This document shows, piece by piece, positions 51,285-62,167 of a stretch of 64,000 nt of DNA (position 1 is the stretch's first letter; the number at the start of each line of letters is the position of its first letter). The notes beneath the pieces are model-generated. The model saw nothing but the letters and a program-made list of their open reading frames with translations, made no database searches and had not been told where the DNA came from. The DNA comes from Methanoregula sp. Its GTDB lineage: Archaea; Halobacteriota; Methanomicrobia; Methanomicrobiales; Methanospirillaceae. A program made the position numbers and the translations under genes. The stretch is from positions 32,001 through 96,000 of the forward strand of contig JBDKTL010000016.1 in assembly GCA_039698055.1 (NCBI GenBank), given 5' to 3'.

Positions 51285-51707
51285 CGGCCACCGTCGGAGA
51301 AAAAAATTCGCCCCACATTGGGCACCGGACGGCCGATCTCTTGTTTTTCCTCCTCTAGTCTGCCTTAAAAAAAGGGGGCGCTGGAAGCCCGCTAAATTGG
51401 CCGGTTTTTTCCTGATTAAAACCGTTATTTTCAGGAAATACCGATTTTAAAGAGAATTTTTGTCGGGCGTCAACACCATTTCCACTGGAGATTTTCCCAA
51501 TGCGGTCAGCCGTACAGGTCTTACGTCGGAGAATACATCATGGGAATGATGGCGTCCATAGTGTGAGTGTAACTGGTTATATGGGATACAGTAAGGATGA
51601 TGTCGATGTCACGATCGAGACCGGAGTCATACTCCCCGGGCTCCTTGCAAACAAAATATCGGGCAGGGATACCGTGGAGTTGACGTGCCAGAATGATACC
51701 GGTTTCC

Positions 51708-54440
51708 TTATGTGATCCGGTACTTTCCCTTCGGCACCAGGATCTCGAACCGGGCGCCTTTGCCCGGCTCACCGGTTTCCCTGATGGCGATGCCTGTCAG
51801 GGCAAGAATTTCCTGGATAAGGAACAGCCCAAGGCCAGTGTTTTTCCCAAAGCCCCGTTCAAAGATCCGCTTTTTTTCATCGGCTGCGATGCCCGTCCCA
51901 TTGTCTTCCCACACAAGGACCAATACTTCCCCTTCCTTATGGGACGATACCCGGATTTCAGTCACCCGCTCACCGTGCCGGACCGAGTTGTCAAGGAGGT
52001 TGCATAAGACGTTTTCCAGCATCGGGTCGGTAAATACTGACACGCCCTGTACATCCATTTTCAGGACAATTGTTGCCGGAACCTGTGAACAGGGCAGGAT
52101 CGTGTCCACATCGATCCACTGCGGCTCATGGGTGCCAAGTCTCTGGTAGAGCCGGGTAAATTCAATGTGCGACCGGATTGCCGTTGTGGCAGATTTAATT
52201 TTTCTTAAATATTCGCCCAGCGCGGGATCGTTCCAATTCAATTCTGCGATCTTAAGATACCCGAGGATAACCGTAATCTTGTTGAGGATGTCGTGCCTGG
52301 TTATGCTGCCGAGCAGGTTGAGCTGGCGGTTCGCAAGCCGGAGTTTCTCTTCGGCTTTCTTGCGCTCTGTAATGTCTATTATCACTCCCCGGAACCCACG
52401 TATTTTCCCGTCTGGCCCGATTACCGGTGAGGCGCGAACCTCAATGACCAGATCGTGCCCGTCGCGGTGGCGGGCGGCAACTTCAAACGGCAGGTATGGC
52501 CCCTGGGATGAAACAAGTCGCGAGAGTTCCTGCAGGGCAAAAGCCGTCCTCTCATGGGGGGTCAGATCCAATATTGTTTTTCCAACCAGTTCGTCCGGTG
52601 TATAGCCCATGATCGATTCGGAGGAAGGACTGATGTATTGGAATTTCCCCCGCACGTCGATCTCCCAGATCATGCCCGGGGAGGTCTCCACAAGATTCCG
52701 GTATTTCTCCTCGCTTTCCATGAGCGCCTGTTCCGCTTTCCTGCGTTCGGTGATCTCCCTGATGATCGCAACACAGAGCGAATTACCATTATAGTATTGC
52801 AGGCTCACTTCTACGGGGATAATCCGCCCGTCTTTTGTCCGTTCCTCGCCTTCGAACGTGACATGGGAGGCAGTACGGAGGGACGTCCCGATCCACTCCA
52901 TTTCCTTTTCAGATTGGGGCATCGTGATATCGGGCATGGAGAGGGTGAGCAGTTCGGCTTTTGTATACCCGAGTGCCTCGATAACACGATCGTTCGCATC
53001 AAGAATCCGCCCGGGACGATTTGCCGGGGTGATTTCATGGCTGATGATCTGGTCGTTTGCATGATTGAATAGATCCCGGTATTTCTCTTCGCTTTCCCTG
53101 AGTACCTCCCCGGCTCTCTTACGTTCAGTGATGTCCTCGATGACACCGATAACCTTGGCCGGCTGCCCATTCATTTCCTTTTCGAGCCGGGCAATGGAGT
53201 GTATATCTCTCGGCGATGAGCCGTCTGCGGGGTTGATGATGTAATCAAGGTTGTACTCCTGCTCTGTTGTGATCAGATCAATGAGTGCCTGGTGAATCCG
53301 CTCCCGCTCCGGTATGCAGGCTTCGATGTCCGCTATTGGGAAGTCACCTGCGACAGCAGGATACCCGAAGATACAAAGCGCATTTGCCGATCCCCAGATT
53401 TTGTCGGTCGCAAGATCATACTCCCAGCTGCCGGAATGGCCGACAGCTTGTGCCATCGCCAGCCGCTCTTCGTTAATCCGGATCGTGCGTTCGCTCTCTG
53501 CAAGTTGATCGAAATGCCTGAGGAGTTCCTGTTTGGCAGCCGTGAGATGTTCGTTTGCCGTCTGCAGTTCATCGTAGTGCGACCGCAGCTCTTCTTCCGT
53601 TGCGGTTACCTGTTCATACGCCGCCCGGAGTTCCAGTTCGATCTTCTTTAATTCCGTGATGTCCCGGATCGATTCTATCGCCCCGGTGATCTCTCCTTCC
53701 GGGTTATAGAGCGGACCTGCCTTGAGGAGCGCGAAGATCCGGTGCCCTTTGGGATGGGGGAGCTCAGTCTCGACCGTGAGTGAATTGCCGGTTCTGCGGA
53801 CATTCGAATAGAATTGCAGAATTTTTTCATCCGGCTCATCGATGAGGTCGATGAGACCCGGACGTCGGGAGCCATAGAACCGGATGGTATATTCATAATC
53901 TCCCTTTCCCAGCATATCGCCGGCAGGAATCCCGGTCATCTCTTCAATGGCACGATTCCACGTAATTACGTGCCCGGACCGGTCGATGGCAAACGTGGCA
54001 TCGGGAAGAAAATCGATGATATCAGCGAGACGCCGTTCCGAGTCGTGGAGCAAACGCTCTGCCCGTTTTCTTCTCACTGCCTGACGAATCTTGTGCGCCA
54101 GCTCGGCAAACTGCGCGGCCGGGTCGCCGCCCTTCTGGATGTAGAAGTCTGCACCGTTGTTGATCGCATCGATCACGACCTCCTCGCGGCCCCGTCCGGT
54201 GAAGAGAATAAACGGGATGTCACCAAACCGCTCCCGGACCTCCTTTAAAAAAGCGATCCCGTCCATCCCCGGCATCTGGTAGTCGGAGACGATGGCATCG
54301 CAGGACAAGAGGGAAGGGGAGTTCAGTGCATCCTGTGCCGAAGTCGAGGTCACGACGCGGAACTCCCCCGATTTCTCAAGGAAGAGCTGTGCTATTTCAA
54401 GAAGGTCCTTCTCATCATCAACATAGTGAACAGAGATCAT
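51708..54440 (-). CDS. hybrid REC-multiPAS-histidine kinase
   Basis: VDDE..SDYQMPGMDG REC domain; several PAS/PAC; RHDILN H-box; NLLDNS, DNGTG, GLGL. Confidence 0.93.
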   Translation of the reverse strand: MISVHYVDDEKDLLEIAQLFLEKSGEFRVVTSTSAQDALNSPSLLSCDAIVSDYQMPGMDGIAFLKEVRERFGDIPFILFTGRGREEVVIDAINNGADFYIQKGGDPAAQFAELAHKIRQAVRRKRAERLLHDSERRLADIIDFLPDATFAIDRSGHVITWNRAIEEMTGIPAGDMLGKGDYEYTIRFYGSRRPGLIDLIDEPDEKILQFYSNVRRTGNSLTVETELPHPKGHRIFALLKAGPLYNPEGEITGAIESIRDITELKKIELELRAAYEQVTATEEELRSHYDELQTANEHLTAAKQELLRHFDQLAESERTIRINEERLAMAQAVGHSGSWEYDLATDKIWGSANALCIFGYPAVAGDFPIADIEACIPERERIHQALIDLITTEQEYNLDYIINPADGSSPRDIHSIARLEKEMNGQPAKVIGVIEDITERKRAGEVLRESEEKYRDLFNHANDQIISHEITPANRPGRILDANDRVIEALGYTKAELLTLSMPDITMPQSEKEMEWIGTSLRTASHVTFEGEERTKDGRIIPVEVSLQYYNGNSLCVAIIREITERRKAEQALMESEEKYRNLVETSPGMIWEIDVRGKFQYISPSSESIMGYTPDELVGKTILDLTPHERTAFALQELSRLVSSQGPYLPFEVAARHRDGHDLVIEVRASPVIGPDGKIRGFRGVIIDITERKKAEEKLRLANRQLNLLGSITRHDILNKITVILGYLKIAELNWNDPALGEYLRKIKSATTAIRSHIEFTRLYQRLGTHEPQWIDVDTILPCSQVPATIVLKMDVQGVSVFTDPMLENVLCNLLDNSVRHGERVTEIRVSSHKEGEVLVLVWEDNGTGIAADEKKRIFERGFGKNTGLGLFLIQEILALTGIAIRETGEPGKGARFEILVPKGKYRIT

Positions 54441-54603
54441 CGCGTTGAGCCGGACTATATTTGATCTAAAAAAGTGTACGATGATACAAATAGGTTCTCG
54501 TAATACATATCCCCCACCGGCTTTCAGGCAATCCTCGCAGGAGTCCCTCAGGTGTTACATGGGTACACGGGCAACAATTCCCGGACCCCCCCAGATGAGG
54601 ATG

Positions 54604-55827
54604 TTAAAACGCCGGGTCTCCCCGGCACAATGGTTTTGCCAGGTGTCTTCGTGCTGTTGGCGGCACTTCGTACCATCCGGTTTTGAGTGTGCGGGAAATT
54701 TCCGTGACCTCCGGCTCTGTCGCCCGTGTCCCGCATTTTTTGCACTTCCAGCCCTTGCCTTTCCCGTTGCTGGTCATCCGCTTGTTGCATGCAGTACATA
54801 TCGGCGGGCGCGTGGTCGTGGCTTGTCCAAGGGATATCACGTTCATCTTTTCTATGTTGATGCTCTCTTTCTTGTAACTCCCGCAAACGATTACGTCATC
54901 GCCCGGCACCAGATCGCGAACGATCTGCCGGAAATTTTTCGTGGGTTCGTATGCCATGCACCTGACAGTGTGATTGCCATCCCGGACCATAAAGGACACG
55001 TGCCCCCCGGTCCTGGTCGCGGGGTAACCATCAACAATTCCTCTCACGTAATACGACAGTCCTTCGCGCAGCTCCCCTGGTTTTCCTTCAAGCAGGTGGG
55101 CGTCGGTTCCCTGATTTGTCACCCAGATCTGTTCGAGCCCGGGTTTCTCGGATTCGATCATCGACCGGGCCATCATCACCCATGCCGGGCTTTCGCCCCG
55201 GATACCAAACAGCACCGGGTCCGGCGTATGCGGGACGCAGACCACGGCATCATTTGCAAAATCCACGGTGTCCCACGTGTGCGGGAACGTCACTTCCTCA
55301 GCCGCGAACAGGCTCGCCCGGTCCACGTCGCGTCGTGTGCCCCACCGCTCCTTCCCCCGGTACACAAGAATTTCCGATGTGTAATCGGCCAGCTCGCTTG
55401 AAACCGCAGCAGTCGCACCGATCAGCCCGCGACCGTTCTTGTATCCTTTGTAGCGGGCGCCGGCCGTTTCAAGTACCTCCACAGCCTCATCGATCTCGCA
55501 GAAATCCGTGACCGCCCGCTGGTAAAATGCCGGGTCCAGCCGGTCATCCACAACCACGACACCGGGATTGGTATTATCGCAGGAAAAATCAGCCAATTCC
55601 TCCACGGTTTCGCACGCGATCGCGAACGCTCGTTCCGGATCTCCTTCAACATCAAGAGCAATTGCCGCATTCCCCCGGGTCTTGAAGGTCACGTTCGGGT
55701 TAAGCCGGACGAGCCGGGCTTCGCGTACCTGCATATGTTCCCGGATCAGCCTGCGGGCGAGTACCGCCCCGAGGTAGGTTGTGCACATCCCCTGTGGCGA
55801 ATCCGTGTCATCGATGCCGATCAGCAT
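54604..55827 (-). CDS. tiaS: tRNA(Ile2) agmatinylcytidine synthetase
   Basis: IGIDDTDS..GMCTTY, RLNPN..KTRGN, TNQGTD, RRHLAKP. Confidence 0.96.
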   Translation of the reverse strand: MLIGIDDTDSPQGMCTTYLGAVLARRLIREHMQVREARLVRLNPNVTFKTRGNAAIALDVEGDPERAFAIACETVEELADFSCDNTNPGVVVVDDRLDPAFYQRAVTDFCEIDEAVEVLETAGARYKGYKNGRGLIGATAAVSSELADYTSEILVYRGKERWGTRRDVDRASLFAAEEVTFPHTWDTVDFANDAVVCVPHTPDPVLFGIRGESPAWVMMARSMIESEKPGLEQIWVTNQGTDAHLLEGKPGELREGLSYYVRGIVDGYPATRTGGHVSFMVRDGNHTVRCMAYEPTKNFRQIVRDLVPGDDVIVCGSYKKESINIEKMNVISLGQATTTRPPICTACNKRMTSNGKGKGWKCKKCGTRATEPEVTEISRTLKTGWYEVPPTARRHLAKPLCRGDPAF

Positions 55828-55870
55828 GTCTATATTAATATATGGGCACGCTCTATCCATTTGTATCTAC

Positions 55871-56797
55871 ATGTCCCAGGACCGGCAGCTCCAGATGGTC
55901 ATCAGTGTCATGATCACCGCAGGCTTTGAGGTTTCCGAGCGTTTTAGCATACGCCCGCGAAGTTTCGACCTCATTGCACGGGACAACGGGACACTTCTTG
56001 TCATCAAAGTCGTGGCCCATATCGATTCCGTAAGCGAGGATGCGGCATTCGACCTTGACGTGATCGCGCGTCACTTGGGCGGGGTGCCGCTGATTGTTGG
56101 CGAACGCGCCCGTGATGCGGAGCTTGAGCGGGGGGCAGTTTATATCCGGTATGGTATCTACGCGATCAGCCCCTCGACACTCTATGATTATTTCGTGGAG
56201 AAGGTACCGCCCCTTGTCTATGCATCGCCCGGCGGGCTCTATGTCAATATCAATGGCGATGTCCTCCGGGAACTTCGTGAAGGGCGTAACCTCTCGCTTG
56301 GCGATCTCGGGCAGGTGCTGGGGGTTTCGCGGCGCACGATCAGTAAGTACGAAGGCGGGATGGGAACAACGCTCGACGTGGCGATAAAAATTGAGGAATA
56401 TTTCGACACCGGTGTTGTTGAGTCTATTGACCTGATACGACATGATCGCCCGGATGAAACCCGGCCCGAGGGGTCAAAAGACCGTAATGTGCTGAACGTA
56501 CCCATAGAGTTTTTAGAGCAGATTGGCATGCGGCTGCACACGCTCCGCGGTGCCCCGTTCCAGGCACTTCTCACGTTTGATACGCACACGATTCTGACCG
56601 GCTATGGCCCGGCGCAAAAAGTTGTGAAGCGTGCTGCACTGATCGGCAATCTATCCCAGATTGCAAAAAAGCATGCGATGTGCATCATCACGGATTACCA
56701 TAAAGAGAAAAAGATTGGCAAAACGCTGGTGATTGGCGAGGATCGCCTCCACCGGATCGAGACCGGTTTTGAACTTCTCGATATGATCGGCGAGTGA
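55871..56797 (+). CDS. conserved archaeal HTH transcriptional regulator
   Basis: SFDLIAR, PGGLYVNI, LGVSRRTISKYEGG. Confidence 0.88.
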   Translation: MSQDRQLQMVISVMITAGFEVSERFSIRPRSFDLIARDNGTLLVIKVVAHIDSVSEDAAFDLDVIARHLGGVPLIVGERARDAELERGAVYIRYGIYAISPSTLYDYFVEKVPPLVYASPGGLYVNINGDVLRELREGRNLSLGDLGQVLGVSRRTISKYEGGMGTTLDVAIKIEEYFDTGVVESIDLIRHDRPDETRPEGSKDRNVLNVPIEFLEQIGMRLHTLRGAPFQALLTFDTHTILTGYGPAQKVVKRAALIGNLSQIAKKHAMCIITDYHKEKKIGKTLVIGEDRLHRIETGFELLDMIGE

Positions 56798-56861
56798 ACC
56801 TTTTTCAATAATCTATATATAGAACCACAAACCAATTTTAGTGCTAAAAGTGGTGAAATTT

Positions 56862-58523
56862 ATGTCACAACAACTTGGAGGACAACAGATCCTTATTCTC
56901 AAAGAAGGCAGCACCCGTACTCGCGGCCGTGACGCCCAGGGTATGAACATTACCGCCGCAATGGCAGTCGCAGCTGCAGTCAGGACCACGCTTGGTCCCA
57001 AGGGAATGGACAAGATGCTCGTTGACACCATTGGTGATGTCGTCATCACCAACGATGGTGTGACTATCCTAAAAGAGATGGACATCGAGCACCCGGCCGC
57101 AAAGATGATGGTCGAAGTCGCAAAGACCCAGGACGATCAGGTTGGCGACGGGACCACCACCGCAGTCATCATTGGCGGGGAACTCTTAAAGAAGGCAGAA
57201 GGGCTCCTCGAACAGGATGTCCACCCGACCATTATCGCCGCTGGCTACCGCCAGGCCGCAGAGAAGGCCCAGGAGTTCTTAAAGGACATTGCCATCGATG
57301 TCAAGGCAACGGACAAGGTCATGCTCAAGAAGATTGCAGAGACAGCGATGACCGGCAAGAGCGCCGAGGCATCCAAGGACAAGCTCTGTGACCTCGTCGT
57401 TAAGGCCGTAACCATGGTTGCCGATGCAGATGGCACCGTTGATATCGACAACATCAAGGTCGAGAAGAAGACCGGCGGATCTATCGATGATTCCGAGATT
57501 GTTGAAGGCGTACTCATCGACAAGGAACGCGTTCACCCGGCAATGCCAAAGAAGGTCGTCAACGCAAAGATCCTTCTCTTAAACGCAGCAGTCGAGTTCA
57601 AGAAGACCGAAGTCGACGCCGAGATCAACATCACCCACCCTGACCAGCTCCAGGCATTCCTCGACGAAGAGGAACGCATGGTCCGCGGTATTGTTGACAA
57701 GATTGTCAAGAGCGGTGCCAATGTCCTCTTCTGCCAGAAAGGTATCGACGACATTGCACAGCACTACCTGTCAAAAGCCGGTATCTTTGCAACCCGCCGT
57801 GTCAAGAAGAGCGACATGGAGAAACTTGCCCGCGCAACCGGTGCGAGCCTCGTTTCCTCCATTGACGCAATCAACAAGGATGAACTCGGCAAGGCAGGAC
57901 TTGTCGAAGAGCGCAAGGTCTCTGGCGAAGATATGACCTTTGTCGAGCAGTGCAAGAACCCCAAGTCAGTCTCAATTATCATCCGTGGCGGCACAGAGCA
58001 TGTCATTGACGAGCTTGACCGTGCAATCAACGATGCACTCCGCGTTGTCGGTGTCGTTGTGGAGGACAAGAAAGTCGTAGCTGGTGGCGGTGCACCCGAG
58101 ACCGAGCTCTCCCTGCGTCTCCGCGAATACGCAGCAAGCGTTGGTGGCAGGGCACAGCTCGCTATCGAAGCATTTGCAAGCGCACTTGAGATCATCCCGC
58201 GAACCCTTGCAGAGAATGCAGGACTTGACCCCATCGACATGCTTGTCGAGATCCGTGCAGCACACGAGAAGGGCAAGAAGACCTATGGTCTTGATGTGTA
58301 CGAAGGCAAGGCAGCTGACATGAAAGCAGCCGGCGTATTTGAGCCGCTCCGCGTGAAGACGCAGGCAATCTCTTCTGCCGCTGAAGCCGCCATCATGATC
58401 CTCCGCATTGACGATGTCATCGCATCCTCAAAGAGCGCCGCACCCGAAGGCGGCGGCATGCCCCCCGGCGGAATGGGTGGCATGGGTGGAATGGGCGGTA
58501 TGCCCGGCATGGGCGACTACTAA
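56862..58523 (+). CDS. ths: thermosome (group II chaperonin) subunit
   Basis: [23 protein letters not shown]-rich tail. Confidence 0.97.
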   Translation: MSQQLGGQQILILKEGSTRTRGRDAQGMNITAAMAVAAAVRTTLGPKGMDKMLVDTIGDVVITNDGVTILKEMDIEHPAAKMMVEVAKTQDDQVGDGTTTAVIIGGELLKKAEGLLEQDVHPTIIAAGYRQAAEKAQEFLKDIAIDVKATDKVMLKKIAETAMTGKSAEASKDKLCDLVVKAVTMVADADGTVDIDNIKVEKKTGGSIDDSEIVEGVLIDKERVHPAMPKKVVNAKILLLNAAVEFKKTEVDAEINITHPDQLQAFLDEEERMVRGIVDKIVKSGANVLFCQKGIDDIAQHYLSKAGIFATRRVKKSDMEKLARATGASLVSSIDAINKDELGKAGLVEERKVSGEDMTFVEQCKNPKSVSIIIRGGTEHVIDELDRAINDALRVVGVVVEDKKVVAGGGAPETELSLRLREYAASVGGRAQLAIEAFASALEIIPRTLAENAGLDPIDMLVEIRAAHEKGKKTYGLDVYEGKAADMKAAGVFEPLRVKTQAISSAAEAAIMILRIDDVIASSKSAAPEGGGMPPGGMGGMGGMGGMPGMGDY

Positions 58524-58822
58524 ACCCTTTAATTTTTCAATATTTTTTCCTTTTTTGTCATTATTCCAGCAGGATGCACGTGTATCCATATGCATTGATT
58601 AAATATCCACATCCTTGCACAATTTTCCGGTTGTATTACCAGGATCCATGAAGATCTGCTATAAAACCAGAAGACCCCTCAACGACAGCCCGGCATTCAT
58701 GAAAAAGAATGTATGGATATGGGAAATGCATAACGTCCTGTCTGCAAACTTCGATGATCCGGTAATCCCCCAGAAGATGTTGATCGCAAAAAAAAAGAAA
58801 AATTCAGGTCGTGGTTAACCGT

Positions 58823-59353
58823 TTAATGTACCCCGGCTTTGACAATGATGGTGCCTGTTATTGTCGAATTATCTGACAGGGCATATGTATAGGTTCCTAC
58901 ATTTTCACTAAATGTGTAGGCAAATTGTGCTTTGGGGATGATCTCTCCTGAGTTGAACATGCCCGTATGATTTCCAATTGTTTTAATGGAATGGGAAACT
59001 GTGTCGTCATTGACCCAGCTGATGCCGGTTCCGGGAAGAACGGTATCGATCTGCGGGTTGAACCCGGCACTCGTGATATGGATGGTTGTGACACCGGTCT
59101 TGGTAATCGGAGTAGGAGTCACAACCGGTACTTCAGTGGTCTGATTCGGAGTGACAACTGTCGTTTCCAGTGTTGTGACGGGTTCGGACACAACGGTTGT
59201 TACCATCGTCGCGACTGCAGTCTCCTGCACGGTTGTTGGTGCTGTGGTAATTTCTGTGGGGGTCACCGTCGTTGTGGGTTGGGCCTGCTGCGTGCAACCG
59301 CTGATTGCAACAAGCGCTACCAGCAGTACGACAAATCCAAAAAGTAATTTCAT
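58823..59353 (-). CDS. lipoprotein with Thr-rich linker and cupredoxin-like domain
   Basis: Lipobox ISGC; FNP..V..GT.ISWVNDD..HSI, FNSG. Confidence 0.75.
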   Translation of the reverse strand: MKLLFGFVVLLVALVAISGCTQQAQPTTTVTPTEITTAPTTVQETAVATMVTTVVSEPVTTLETTVVTPNQTTEVPVVTPTPITKTGVTTIHITSAGFNPQIDTVLPGTGISWVNDDTVSHSIKTIGNHTGMFNSGEIIPKAQFAYTFSENVGTYTYALSDNSTITGTIIVKAGVH

Positions 59354-59755
59354 ATACTATTCATGGGGAATCCCGCGTAATTAAATTTATTTAACCGATT
59401 GTCTCCATTTACGAAGCACGAATCAGGAAAGGTGGGATTCTAATGCAGATATATAAGAATTATCTGGATTTCCGGTTGTGGAGCATGTCTTTTTTACATG
59501 ACGATCCTCGCGAGAAGATTTTTGGGGTATACTGGAACTTGGGGATTTGTGGGAACTCTCTGTGTCCTGGTTGTCATTTGGGGTGAACTCGTGTGATTGG
59601 CCGTCCTTATGGTATGCCCATATATCCCCAGACGCCGGTACTTCACCTGCATGATTCGTGCAACTGTTCAGGCAGTCGCCATGGTGGACGGGCTACCGCG
59701 TTTTGCTCTTTTGTCTCCCACAGGTTAATGAACCCCAACGTTATCAGTATCTTCT

Positions 59756-60124
59756 ATGAGCGACCGGTTCATCTTTACCAGGTACCGTACCGATTGTTAT
59801 CACTGCAAACAGGTGGCTGACCAGATTATCAAAGCGGTGCCCTACAAGGCAGAGGTTGCGTGCGAAAATTGTGGCGCCACCCGGGTCTTTGTCCCACGCA
59901 TTGAGGATGTGACCCAGCCCGGGACGTTTACCCGGATCGGGTGCTACGATCTCTGGAAACTTGTCGAATCTGCGGAATGCAGGAATTGCCATGTGACCGG
60001 CCCTCACGATCTGACAATCGGCTGCCGGCATTTTACGGTCCGGTGCCGGAACTGCGGGTTTACTCATTTCTACCGGTTCGATCTTGAATATATGGCAAAA
60101 GACCAGCTCCCCGGTAAGGAATAA
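59756..60124 (+). CDS. small multi-CxxC (Zn-ribbon) protein
   Basis: CYHC, CENC, CRNC, CRNC. Confidence 0.75.
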   Translation: MSDRFIFTRYRTDCYHCKQVADQIIKAVPYKAEVACENCGATRVFVPRIEDVTQPGTFTRIGCYDLWKLVESAECRNCHVTGPHDLTIGCRHFTVRCRNCGFTHFYRFDLEYMAKDQLPGKE

Positions 60125-60336
60125 CCGGTATTTATCTCCGGGTGCCCGTGAGATTATGAAACAAAGCGCACGTACGATCCGTTAGTCTCACCTCAGTACA
60201 ATGAAATGTACTCCGCCGCCACACTTCCTGCCGGGCCGGCTATAGTCCGGAGGAAGTTTTTTTCAGCCTATTCATCAGGATGCACTTTTTCCCGGGAAAA
60301 AGTGTTCGCAGGATAGGAGAAAAAACCCGGCCGCTG

Positions 60337-61059
60337 TTAGGCACACACGGCTGATTCAAGCGTCGGGTAGCTGTTTGCGTAGTTTTCAATGTTCTGTTCG
60401 AGAGATATCCTGAGCTTTTCATTTTTTGTGCTCAGGAAAAAAGCAATCTCTGTATCCATGATTATCACTGGGTTTACCCCGGTAAGCTTAGTCAGCTGCT
60501 CGCAGCGCCGTTTGATATATCCGGCCCGGGTCGCCCGGGGAAAATGCTGGTAGATCATGATTATCGATCCGGTATCCATCCGCTTATAGATCTTTTTTAA
60601 TTCATCCAGCAACAGGTGTTTTTGTGTGGGTGAGGACTCTTCAAGCCCGGTATCCGGGTCAAGGAAGATCAGCGAGCGCGCCGGGAATTCGTCAAAGAGA
60701 TGCTGGAAATAATGCTCCCGTTTTTCATGGGTGAACCGTGGGCGTTCCATGATATCTACGAGGATCTTTTCTTTCTGGAAATATTCCCGAACCCCGTTAA
60801 AATATTCAAGATCATCTTCGATCTCCTGGAGCCGCTCCATGCTCCCGACCAGTTCCTTGTTCTGGCTTCCTGCTTTTCCTGTTTTCCAAGCCCTTTTCAG
60901 ATCTTTTGCCGGACTTTTCTTTTTGCGTATTCTCTCTTTTGTTTCTGTCAGCATAGGTACGAAGGCAAATCTGGCAAGTTCCGGCATTGATTTCATGAGA
61001 TGCCTGATGAGATCGAACTTGAAAAGATCACGCGTGTCGCCGAAATATACCCGGTTCAT
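60337..61059 (-). CDS. conserved hypothetical protein
   Basis: YFGD.RD.FKFDL, LIFLDPDTG, KH, IYQH motifs. Confidence 0.75.
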   Translation of the reverse strand: MNRVYFGDTRDLFKFDLIRHLMKSMPELARFAFVPMLTETKERIRKKKSPAKDLKRAWKTGKAGSQNKELVGSMERLQEIEDDLEYFNGVREYFQKEKILVDIMERPRFTHEKREHYFQHLFDEFPARSLIFLDPDTGLEESSPTQKHLLLDELKKIYKRMDTGSIIMIYQHFPRATRAGYIKRRCEQLTKLTGVNPVIIMDTEIAFFLSTKNEKLRISLEQNIENYANSYPTLESAVCA

Positions 61060-61382
61060 GTTCCCACCTTACTGCGTCATATTCAGGTATGGGTTTAAAA
61101 ACATTGCGGAGTATGTTTTCATGTTCTTTGATTCTGGTTCCGCTCCTGTTATTCATTCATGCCTCCTGCATTCAGATAATCTGCCCGGGAGATTATTGGC
61201 AAGAATTGTGAATGGTTAATCGCAACGTTCCTATTTTTAGGAATGCACACGGCCCGGAAAAATATTCCCCTTGGCGGAGATTAACGAGAAGAATTTATGA
61301 GTGACAGGGATATCGGGATCATGGACGTTTAGATATGCCGCAGGGAAAAAATGAAAAAGATCTGTTTAAAAAATCAAACCCG

Positions 61383-61643
61383 TTACTTTTCTTCCCGGAC
61401 CATGTCGATTGCTTTTTTCGGGCATTCGTTTGCACAGATGCCGCAGCCTTTACAGTAATTAAGATCGATCATAAGTTTGTCATCGATTGCACCGTCCGGG
61501 CAGTACATTGCGCAGAGCCCGCATTCGTTGCATTTTTCCTTGTCCACCACCGGTTTGAATACCCGCCATGACCCGGTCTGGCCGGCCGCACCTTCTTTTG
61601 GTTTACTGATCGCGAGGCGCTCGCGAGGCTGCGTGCTGGTCAT
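61383..61643 (-). CDS. porD: 2-oxoacid:ferredoxin oxidoreductase delta subunit
   Basis: TGSWR..P; CNECGLC..CP; CKGCGICANECP. Confidence 0.9.
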   Translation of the reverse strand: MTSTQPRERLAISKPKEGAAGQTGSWRVFKPVVDKEKCNECGLCAMYCPDGAIDDKLMIDLNYCKGCGICANECPKKAIDMVREEK

Positions 61644-62167
61644 GCGCTCATCTCCCGGTATGCAGCATCTGCTGCCTTGACATTGCGTTCATCGGTAAAC
61701 ATTTCGCTGATTGCCTTTTTCGCGGATTCCGATGAGATAATCCCCATCTTTGCCAGCGCTCCAAGGACAGGAGTGTTCAAAATCGGGCTTCCTGCTACCA
61801 CGAGTTTTTCCTTTAACGCTATTCCCGTCAGATCGACATTGAACGTGGTGAACCCGGGAAACTCCGGCTTGTGGGCGCTGTTGATAAGCACTCTGCCGCC
61901 TTTCTTGAGCCCGTTTAACACATCGACGACATCCATCACGCTTGCGTCCAGCACGATAACCAGATCCGGGTCCCGGATCTGGCTGTACACTTTGATCGGG
62001 TGATCATCGATCCGGACAAACGAAACGACGGGAGCACCCCGGCGTTCTGCACCATAGAACGGGCATGCGGTCGCATATTTTCCATCATGGAGTGCCGCCA
62101 TGGCAAGGAGACGGGCAGCAGTCACGCCACCCTGACCGCCCCGGGAGTGAATGCGGATTTCAAACAT
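61640..62167 (-). CDS. porC: 2-oxoacid:ferredoxin oxidoreductase gamma subunit
   Basis: EIRIHSRGGQG, YGAERRGAP. Confidence 0.9.
   Translation of the reverse strand: MFEIRIHSRGGQGGVTAARLLAMAALHDGKYATACPFYGAERRGAPVVSFVRIDDHPIKVYSQIRDPDLVIVLDASVMDVVDVLNGLKKGGRVLINSAHKPEFPGFTTFNVDLTGIALKEKLVVAGSPILNTPVLGALAKMGIISSESAKKAISEMFTDERNVKAADAAYREMSA

Noticed and set aside
51290-51700. 400-bp gap with short ORFs after vapC
   Set aside because: No recognisable protein or RNA motif; it may be a decayed fragment, but this cannot be supported.
58455-58515. GGC/ATG tandem repeats
   Set aside because: They encode the ordinary GGM tail of the thermosome.
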